DNA of 64,000 bases. It comes from Asterias amurensis (taxonomy: Eukaryota). The notes under the pieces are model-generated. The model was not told the origin of the DNA. It was given only the letters and a program-made list of their open reading frames with translations, and did not search any database. The stretch is from NCBI RefSeq assembly GCF_032118995.1, contig NC_092661.1:18173185-18237184 (forward strand), given 5' to 3'. Shown here in pieces: positions 44,889-56,000 of the stretch; positions within the stretch are counted from its first letter, which is position 1, and each line of letters begins with the position of its first letter. Made by a program: the position numbers and the translations under genes.

Positions 44889-47800
44889 ACGAAGACATCA
44901 TTGCAACGAATTAGAAATCCACATTTATTTTGAAAGTTTAGTTGAGAAAGATAGTAGTGTACACAAATTTGACTGAATTTTAGCTTTGAAAATACTTAAT
45001 CCATTTGGCTAGCAATTGTGAATCATTGGCCAGGCCAGGCAATATAATAAAATGAAATTTACCTCGTCTACGGCAGTGCTTGGGCCTTGGTCATTATTCA
45101 TATGAATCAATTAATTAAGCATGATAACAGAAAGCGCGGAGTACAAACTAATTAATTGCTATGTCATTTCTGTCAATCCATTCCATGTTTATTTGTTGAA
45201 TCCACTGGTTGCCAATGTGCAATTTCCGCTACGCACTGCACTGTGCCGGCCGGAGATTTGTGCCCTGCTCTGCACGTCAAATTTTATTGCACGTTTTTTT
45301 AACACGTTAAATGATCACAAGCTACATGACGGATGTTCTCCAAACATTCAGGATGCTTGGCTTTATAAATCTCTTTGGCAATGAAAGGAAAATTAGTCCA
45401 ACTAATAAAATATTAAACACACATGCATACCTCACCAAATCAAGCTCAGCTTTGCCATTGATCCATGATGCCCGTGCAGAAAAAGACAGTAGACAAAATG
45501 CCGTCTCTATGATAGCGGTCACAGGTCAAACCTTGTAAACAACAGCAACGGAGAACTGCGCGTGCGCCAATCAATTAGCACCCCCCCCCCCCCTCAAAAG
45601 GGGGCGGGGTGGGAGGAGTGAGTTTTGGTGTTTTTTTTTTTTTTTTTTTGGGGGGGGGGTGCAGAGTGTGCGATGTAAATATAATTTTGTCAAGATAGCT
45701 TAAGCTTTTTTATGTATTCGCCGAGGATCTTATAAAAGTGGAGCTGATCAAAGGTTTAAGTGGAGCTGATCACAGGTTTAAGTGAAGTTACGTTTATTTT
45801 CTGTTTTATGGGCATACCTATAATATGATGTTTTATAAAACACAGGTGGACCGCATATTGAAGGATTATCTTGTGCAGACCCCAAACCCCCTAAAAATAT
45901 CAAATGAATAAATGATGCTAATCAATCATATATAATGATTGTCACTCCATTTTATTCTTTATTGCAATTCCAATTCAGGGAAATATAGTTTTTCACAAAA
46001 AAATGTTCTAAATATTCAATCATCTAAACTGAATAAAAATAAATTGAAATAAAGCAGAAAAACTTATTTTTATACCACTCTGAAATGTTCATTTCAAATA
46101 TTCAAAGTTTGGAGAAATAAGAAATAAAATCCATACGGTGAAATGAACATTTCAGACACTCAGCAATATGCAATTTGACAAAAATTTAAGAATTTTTAAA
46201 ATCGTCTGTCTTAAAGTTTCAAAAATGCAATCTCCACAATGGATCTCAAGTACTGTTAATTAGAACAGACTAATTACTTCTAATTAATTAAAAAGAATAA
46301 CCTACACAGAACATTTCATGCATTTTACACCACATAATTTACATATTTTTTGTGAAGAATAGGACAGGATTTGTCAGTTTGACTTTTGCTGTGTGTCATA
46401 ATTTTAATTATTTAAAAATACACGAAAGCCAACCTTTAGTGATTAACAAAATAATCCAAACTTTGAATTTCGCTAAAAATTTAAAACAAGTCTTGCCATG
46501 AATTCGATGGTGTTTTAAAAAGTTATATCAAAATGAGCTACGGCAGTTTGACAGCACAAGATGTAATAAAATGGTGCATATAATTTGGCATTGCAAAAAG
46601 AAACATGTCTTGGCAATAAGTTTGAAGCTTTCAGCAAGCAAGAATTAACTGCAATTGAAAAGGGATCGTTTATTATGGCTTCACATTCCACAAAACAAAT
46701 TGTTGTGACATTTTGTTGTCCTTTTTCAGAAATTTGCAAAAAAGTAAAGATTTCAAATTGTTTAATTTCACTTGATTCCTAGGGCAATACCAAATGTAAT
46801 TTGTTTCAATAAATAAAATTGTGCCATGAGATTAAATGCAAAACTCAACTTAACAATGTGAACAAAAGTTAAAACAATGCAGAAACAAAGGTTTTATTTC
46901 ATTGTTTTGTCTTTCACTCGAACGAAAAAGTTTAAAACCAAGGTAGGATTTCATTACCTTGAAAGTATTTAAACAATTTAAACACAGAATTAACACTATG
47001 TCTTCTTTTATGAAATTGTGAAAAAGTAAGATACAAAAGTTCTTTCATTTATTAATGCTAAGCCATTTGTATCATCATTTTTTCACAACTTCAATTCAAG
47101 AAAAAAAGAAAAATCAACAAATTTGTGTTTAGTGTAAGGAAATAAAATATAGATACCTGTATTTATCCCCTTTTCTTGATGTAAATAATCAAACCAAACG
47201 CCAAATAAACAATGAAAATATGAGTGATGCAAATTTTTCAAAATGGTCAAAAGTGATCAAAAACTCCAAAAACGGAGAGAAAAGTTTAACTTAGGGCAAG
47301 TTCAATTAGCGACCATTAATTGTCAACCACTAGCCAATGTTTCATGGTAACCTATGCATTAAACACATCCTTGGTACCAGGAAAATCTCTCAATGGTGGA
47401 CAATAGTCAGTTTATGTAGTCCCTTGATTGAACTAGCTTTTAACTGTCGAGGCAAAACATACCACATGACTTCACCTAGTGCAGTGTGTTTCTGTGGAGA
47501 AGAAAAAGGGAACCTTATTGTGACAATCTGCAAAACTAAACTAAAAACCCAAAACAAGCACACCGGCCCCTTAGCTTCATCAAAAACAATTCAAGTGGTT
47601 CCATTTGTTTTGTTTCACTGACAAGTTTTTAGTAAGTTTTAAAAGCAAGCAAAAGTAAACCAATCTTAAGTACTGACTCTACCAATATTAAAATGTAAAA
47701 CTGACAAATGAAAATATGTATTTGTTCACAATTAGTATTTTTTTTTTAGAAGTTAGATAAAAATTAGTCACTTAGTTACAACAATGTTTATTTATTAAGG

Positions 47801-48029
47801 TTTTTTTTATAGTTTTGTTTTTGTTTACATAGTACAGTGGTAGTGCATTTTGATTTTGTTGTTTTTGTAAAATTCTTGAATACTTAATAATGATTATCTT
47901 TAGGGGAAAGAAATAGAAAAGGAAACACAATATGCAAATGTGATGATGAATAGTTATTGTAATGGAATCAATATCTAAACACTCATTATCATAAACAGGT
48001 CTGGCACATTTTGTTGTTGTGAGCCTTAA

Positions 48030-48230
48030 GGCCGAGTCACACTGCAGCAATAACGAGAACGATAATGATAACAATCACGACGCACAGAGAACGCATTGTA
48101 TTGGTTGAAATGCTCCACGCGGAATACACACATGCTCATTCAACCACTAGAATGCGTTCTCTTTGCATCGTTATCGTTTTCGTTAACGTTCTGGTTATCG
48201 CTGCAGTGGGACTGGGCCTTTATACACTAA
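48030..48230. mobile_element. Long near-perfect hairpin MITE with arms of about 95 bp
   Basis: CTGCAGCAATAACGAGAACGATAATGATAACAATCACGACGCACAGAGAACGCATTG ... CAATGCGTTCTCTTTGCATCGTTATCGTTTTCGTTAACGTTCTGGTTATCGCTGCAG. Confidence 0.7.
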
Positions 48231-48574
48231 ACTAAATTTTGTTCAATTTTTCTTTTCTTTTAGCATAGTATTATGTTTCAAACAATTATATCAATACGTT
48301 GCAAAGTAAAAATACATGTATTGCATTTGTTTTAAATAAAAAAGGTGTACCACCTTGATAGTATTATTTTAAACACCTAAAACGTTAACTTCACAACAAT
48401 ATGGCTCCTTTGAACTTCAAGAAAAGCTGTGATTGTCAGAATTACTTTTTGATAATTTAAGGAGTTGCAATGAAAGAAAAGGGATTATTTTCTTTGAATG
48501 TGTTATTATAATTAGTATACAACCCTATCAATGGTAGATAACTTCATGGATATGACTGACTTAGACTTCCAGCA

Positions 48575-48745
48575 GCCGATTTCACGAAATGCTAGGATTA
48601 ATCCTATCTCGAATTAGGACGAGTGACTCGTCCTAACTTAGGATGGGTTCCATGCGTCCTAACGTCTATGGTTACGGAACTTAACTCATCCTAAGTCCTA
48701 AGATTAATACCTAGTTAGGAAGAGTTTGGTGAAATCGACAGCGGG
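48575..48745. mobile_element. MITE family G copy
   Basis: It runs from GCCGATTTCACGAAATGCTAGGATTAATCC to GTTAGGAAGAGTTTGGTGAAATCGACAGCGG. Confidence 0.65.
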
Positions 48746-49879
48746 ACGAGGTTGCTCCTCATGATAAGTCCAAGGATTAAAAAATTGAATAGAATTGTTT
48801 TGCCAACGCCCTCCCAATATGGTACTCTTAATTTTGAACAATACATTATTTTTTTTCATGATAATGTTTTTTTCTTCTAAATAGAATTCAAGTTTGAAAA
48901 CACAAATATCACAAGATAAAAATCCATACACAGTAAATTGTAAACTCCTGCATAACGGAAATAAATTTTTGCATAAACGTGTCATAGTTTTAAAATGTTT
49001 TTATACAGTATTGTTTACAGCCTACTCTATAACTCTACAATATTTATTCTATTTCAGAAAGCTAGGCAATAAATAGAACAGAACTTTTCTTTAAAATAAT
49101 CTTACATGAATCAGGGAGAAAACATTCTAATTCCCAAGTCTGTGAAATATAAAAGAAGTTTTTTTTTTGCTTGTTACATTCAACGTGCAATCAGAAAAGA
49201 ATTGTTAATTTATTCTCCGAAAAAAATCACAATTTCACAGTAAAATTCTATCTTTTAAAATTTATCAGGGAAAGGTTGGTGTTTCCACAAGAGATTTATA
49301 AAAGGTCATTGTTTTGTTTTCATTCTCTTAAATATATGTAAGCAGTATCTTTACTGGAGTTTTCATAGGATACCAAATTCATATAGTACATATTTTAATA
49401 ACAACTATTTTGGTTTTATCTTCACAGCATATAAGTGAAATTGAAACAATCAAAGAAAGTGCAGATAAAAAATTAAAGTCTTTTAATTTCAAAATCTTTA
49501 AGATTTGCATTAATTTTTGGGTTCCTCTTTATTTAGATTATTCAAACACTATTATTCTCCCTTTATATATACTACAAGTGCATTAGAGACACATTGTGGA
49601 GTTTTATAATACTTCATAATTTTCCCCAAACAAATCTTTTCTTCTTACAAAGGGAAGGAAATATCTGCTCTTTGTAAAAGCCATTTTTCTGCATCCTTTT
49701 GAAAGACTCAAAATTTGCTCCCTATGGGATGTTCACACTAGATTGGTATTTTGTTCATTTAGTTATAATAACAAGGTAAAATAAGGGGGCAGGGTCTGAA
49801 AGGGAGGGGGCTTAATTCTCCACCCCTCAAGAAGCATCTGCAGCCAGAATTGATTCCGTTTTTTAACTGTATCCTATCA

Positions 49880-50028
49880 TCAGCCTTGAGCACAGTTTGG
49901 GCATACGATGTCCTGGCCATCCATGACAAAGCACTCGTTGACCAGCGACACTTGGCACTTCTGGCATTGGAAGCAGCTGTTGTGCCAGTTACGATCTTCA
50001 AAGCAGACGTAGGTCGTGCTTCCTTGGC
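49880..50028 (-). CDS. FHL terminal exon 5 (coding part). The stop TGA is at 49882-49880.
   Basis: The acceptor is tgttccttttcttcag. The translation is GQGSTTYVCFEDRNWHNSCFQCQKCQVSLVNECFVMDGQDIVCPNCAQG followed by a stop. Confidence 0.8.
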
Positions 50029-53000
50029 CTGAAGAAAAGGAACATTAACTTTTCTTAGTTATTGTTACGCAATGTCCCCTCGACACTCAATACAGAATTT
50101 ATTCCTACTTCAGACAATAAGCAAAGAAGTCCGACCCCAGAGGCACAATTGACAAAACAACTGAGTTTAAATCTCTCATTAGAGGGCCACCAGCAGGAGT
50201 AGGAGAGGCATGCAAGTCAAAAATAGAACGCGTGGGAAAAATTTTCACAATTTGTTCTTCACTATGATTCTGCGTCTATTCAAGTTTATCTCTCCCAAAA
50301 ATCAAGTCATTTCAAAACAAATCCGTGAATTGTGTTTTCGCAACCACCACACTTCACCAATGGCATTAAAAGATTCACAAATTTAATTTCCTTCTATGGC
50401 CAAATAAATATTTGTGGGCATCTTGTTATAACTTCTTCATATTCTATGCCACTTATATAAAAGGGAATCATGGCACACAGATCGTATCGCATAATCTGAT
50501 TGGTGCCCACTGTTGCCCAGTCGCGTTTAGGAAATGAGACACTCGACTCAGTATGAAAGTCAGAAATACATACAGCCTTCTTGATTATAAGCACAGGAAA
50601 GCTTGCTCATTGTTAACGATTCAACAGCAACTATAAAACTCCATTTCATCACATACATCGGGGGATGCAGAGGAGGAAGGGATGATAGCAAGAAATACCA
50701 TAATCACAGAGACTCTCAAATTGTAGGGTGAAATCGAAGACCTTTACTTTTACCATCAGTTAGGTCAAAGAGCACACACAGTTTTAGTGCTAGGGAAAAC
50801 TCTGAAAGGTGTCATTAAGTTTAATTTATGACTAATTTTTGGTTTGACATTTCATAAAACTGTCATTGAGTAGGTCACCTTAAGGCATCTTAGTAGGTCA
50901 TCTTAAACCTCAAAACCTACTTGTTCAGTCAGTCCCGTCACTAATCCGTTGTTGTTTTGTTTTTCTTGTTTCTTTGCATTGTTCTTCTTTATTGTTCAGC
51001 ACTTTTGATCTTTGATAAAGGCGCTATATAAGACATCCCTCCCCTTTTTTGAGGGGGGGGGGGGGGTTCATGCCCCTGTATCTGCCTCCAAATACAGAAA
51101 AGAGTTTTACAGTTAAAGTTAGCTTCACGACAGCAGTTATTGCTGTGAGGTAAGACAACAGTGGAACAGTGATTAAGTACAATTCACAGTGTGTCAACTT
51201 GACCATTCAGAATAGAGAACTTCTTCAATACAAAGACACAAGGCAGGCATGGTGTAGAGGTGCATCCATAGAGCGTTAAAGACACTGGACACTATTGGTA
51301 ATTGTCAAAGACAAGTCTTCTCACTTGGTGTATCTCAACATAAGCATAAAATAACAAGCCTGTGAAAATTTGGGCTCAATTGGTCATCAAAGTTGCGAGA
51401 AAATTATGAAAGAAAAAACACCCTCATAAGACAAATTTGTGTGCTTTCAGATAGGAATAAAAGATTTCCAGCAAGAAGTCTTTTAATATTTTAGTGATAA
51501 ATTACCTCTTTTCAAAAACTACGTTACTTCAGAGGGAGTCGTTTCCCACAATGTTTTATACTATCAACAGCTCTCCAATGTTCATTACCAAGTCAGTTTT
51601 TAAGCTAATATTTGTTTTGAGTAATTACCAAAGGTGTACCTTCCCTTTAAAACCACATTCAAAATACACTAGATTGTGATCGGTATGCTTGACAAACAAT
51701 GTTTGGCTCCAAGAAAACATACACAATTTACAATCTTCCCGTCTTGTATGCAAATGCACTCTGTGCCCAAAGAGCAAAGTATAGTTTTGAACTTGTGTTT
51801 AACTGAGGGCAGTTTTGGGGGGTTTCTATGAATTGACACTGTGAATCAGTGGAAATACAATGCTGATTTCGTTTAAGTCCCAACACCCTCCCACTGAAAA
51901 GAAAACAAGAGTTAAAACTTTAAGGAAAACATGCCTTAATTTTCTTGATGACTAAAGTACAATGTGTGGTCCAAATAATATTCACTAGTGCATAAGCTTC
52001 ACAGTGTGGCTACAATACTAAATGCATTTATTTGTTTGGATTAACTAGTGACTAATGAAGTTAAAACTCAATGATGATGTGGTGAAAACAGTGACAAGGT
52101 TGTTTAACAACTACGACATAAAATATACAACATGGTGTAACTATAACCACTACTAATGGTGTTGATGCATGCAGAGCTGGGGTTAGACCATCACTGCACG
52201 ATAAACAAAGCCATTCCATTTTAATCCTTAAGCCCAGTGAGATGTTCATACAATTTGATTATGGATCTCTTAAAAGTATCATACTCATCAAACTGAAGGT
52301 AATCTTTTTCTGAAGCATTAACAAAGCAACATGAGCGTTTAGTTTTTAGGCAAAGTTGATCAGACTCAAACTGCTGTTCTGATATGTTACTCAGTTACAA
52401 CATTTTTTACCTTTTATTTCTCACTGCATTTTCCCACAACAAAACATAAATTTACAAATGTTATTTGAGTAATGTTTTTTTTTAAAGGGCTGGATTAAAA
52501 GGGTTTGAAGCATTTACTGAGCTGACCAAACAAAACAGAGGAGATTATCTATTAGAATACAATGGCTTGTTGTGCATTTGTGGCATAAAAATGACAGTCC
52601 TTCTTACCAGTATTGGCGCCAGGGGGAGTCGGCCCGCCAACTGAAGAAAAATTGGGAAAATTTTAGGTTGGACATGCAACATGCACATACAACAAGACTC
52701 GATGAATGAATGAATGAATGAATGAACTGCCAGAATGTAGCAAAGTTGCACTTTTTCACAGAACTTAAAGGTTGTCTCCCATCTAGCTTTTGTTTTTTAA
52801 GGTTATGTCATGGCGGGAAACTAAGCAAACCGTGATAATAAATTTAAACCCAAGTCATCATCTTGTCCTTTAAGATGGAAGACAACCTAACAAAGATCTT
52901 TATCAGAGATGTCTCAAAGAAGTGATTATTATTACTCAGACACAAAAGTGTAAACCAAAAATCCAGGATATAAGATTTGATAATACTAGAGAGAACAGAT

Positions 53001-56000
53001 AACCAATGCTCTTTACAGATGCTTAACATTTAAATGTTAGCTATAATTGGTAACATCTCTGACATACACAAGTACATCTTATGAACATTCCGATGATGAT
53101 GTAGACAAGATGAAACACTTTTCTGATATTTGTTCACATCATTATAAACTGTAATATCTATGGCCACATTTTATCACTGAATACTAAATTTGTAGTGAAC
53201 AAACTGTGATTAAAAGTTGATTTTGCTTTGTTTCTCACTTTTTACATGCTTTTAGTGTTGATGACCAGCCGGTTAGCTATCCCGCAAAAAGCTTATTCTG
53301 CTTCAAAGGGACTAAACTGCAACTAGATATATCACATATAGGATTTGAGGCATTGCATGGTGAGGTATCAATATATATTTGGTTTGCGGTAACACCATGT
53401 GTGTATCTACTTGCCAGGTAGAGTTTGTTCAGTCTCCTGACGATGACTAGAGCAAGCTAGTCGAAACGTTGAGACCAACCCAAGAACTGACTCCGCGGTA
53501 GTACAGTTAATACGATCCTATAAGCTAAAGTAGTAGTCCAGTCTATTTCTATACCATCCGCCTTGGTAATAGTTAATAAGCAGGACAGTTCTTTTCAGAA
53601 CTGAGAAGTCTCCCTAACACCCGAACAATCTACTCCGCGGTAGTAGAATTAAGCAAGACAGTTCTCTAAGAACAAACTCTACCTGGCAAGTAGATACACA
53701 CATGGTGTTACCGCAAACCAAATATATACATAGATATATCACCTTTAACAAATCTACAAAAGTTTTTTATTTTTCCCCTCTAGGTCTGGGTATTACCCGC
53801 AATATGCGGGGATATGACAACAAAATATGTTACCCTCAATCCTTTAAAATTAGTTTTAAAAGTCAAAAGGAAATTTGTTTTAGGTAGGGAAACCTTAAGA
53901 ACCTAAAAAGCGAATTTGTAAACAAAGAGACAAGAAATGGGAACACCAAGGGAAGGGGCACTGAACTATAAGACTATCAACCCGGCTGGTACCGTAGGTC
54001 TTATTCAAGATGTTCCACAAGTGGCTGAGAGAAATACAAATAGATGTTGGACAACAAGAGAATGACACATGGAAAAGAAAAGGTTGAGATACATGAAGTA
54101 GGAAATACAGATATATCCTTGAGAGATAATGATAGATGCAGATGAAGAAACAGAAAAAGTGAAAAGGAAAACAAACATCAGTGGAAGGGGAACATTAAAG
54201 TTATGAGGCGGGAGTCTGCGAGAAGGCCTTCAGTAAGTTTAGATTCCCTCTTGGAGTTCATTGTGTAAATATTTATTGTTATCCCTCAATCCTACACTTT
54301 TTAGCTCCACCTCAACTTACCAACAATAGGCTTTTGGCATGCTGAACACCTGCGTGCAAACTTCTCCCCGTAGCAATCAGCACAGTAGCGTTTCTCATCC
54401 CGCAGTGTGAAGCGTTGATTCCACAGGGACTTTGAGCAGCCTGAGCAGCAGAAACAATCCCTGTGCCATGGCTTCTTCTGATAGGAGAGACCTCCACTTG
54501 AGATGATCTGAGAGAAAGTGGTAGGTAACTCATCAATTTAAAATTGTTCCTATAACTAATTAGCTGTGGCCAATTAGTGGTCGGTCCAGCACATCATTCC
54601 TGAGTTGCGATGGTTTAGTTAATAAAAAGTGGATTCGAATTTGAATCCTGACCTATCTGGTCTTGGCACTTGATCAGCATGCAGTCTTAACAATGGACCA
54701 CTGGCCAAATGCTAGTTAAAATGCATGAAGACCAGTCAAAATTCTCTCCAACTGATCTGACTGGTATGGTAAGTACAGTATTAAAAAAGCATCCGTATTT
54801 AATATAACAAACGACATGTAAAAAAGCTAGCAGACTAATAAAATGACAGGCTAACTCTGCTCAATTTCATATAGAGCTGCTTAGCACAAACATTTGCTTA
54901 GCATGAAATTTCTTCCTTGATAAAAACAGGATTACCAACTAAATTTCCATTTGTTGCACATTGCTTGTTACTGGTATTCAGCTATGGTTTGCTTATCGTG
55001 AAAATCATGTGGAAATTTGGTTGGTAATCCTGTTTTTATCAAGGAAGAAATTTCATGCTAAGCAAATTTTTGTTCTTAGCAGCTCTATGAAATTGGGCCC
55101 TGGTCACTCTAGTTGGTCACAGAAAAGGTTATGGGCAAACCCTGTTAATCCTTCTTAATGCAAGGCAACAAATAATTAGCTACAAGTGAGGCTCTCTCAG
55201 ACCAGACACTAGGTGGCAGCAGATAAACCAGTTAGTTTTACTTTGATGTGTTTCAGTGATTTAAACATGTCCTACCTCTCCACAGCCAGTGCACTTAATA
55301 CCAAAGGTGTCCTCATAGCATTTTGTGCAGTAGACTGAAGACTCCTTGGGTACAAAGCTGCCTGTACCAATCTGTTTCTCACAGACTTTACAACGGAAGC
55401 ACTTGTCATGCCATTCTTTGCCTTGGAAGCCGAGTCTTGTCACACCTGGTTCAGAAAAATAAGGGTAATGTCAGTCTTGAACAAGAAATTAACATTCAGG
55501 AAACTTATGTAGGCCTAACACATGCAGAACATGAGAATTACAGGGGATAGAATTTGTACACTTTCTTATTACAATTTCTCTCCAGGCTTCTTAGTTAAAG
55601 ACAATGGACACTATTGGTAATTGTCAAAGACCAGTCTTCTCACTTGGTGTATCTCAACATCTGCATAAAATAACAAACCTGTGAAAATTTTATCTTAATT
55701 GGTCGTCGGAGTTGCGAGATAACTATGAAAGACAAAAACACCCTTGTCACACGCTTTCATATGCTTGATTTCGAGACCTCAAATTCTTAACTTGAGGTCT
55801 TTAAATCAAACTCATGGAAAATCACTTCTTTCTCGAAAACTAAGTAACTTCAGAGGGAGCCGTTTCTCACAATGTTTTATACTACCAACCTCTCCCCATT
55901 ACTCGTTAGCAAGTGAGGTTTTACGCTGATAACTATTTTGAGTAATTACCAATAGTGTCAACTGCCTTTAAAATGTTGGGAATGGTACCAAAAGACACAA

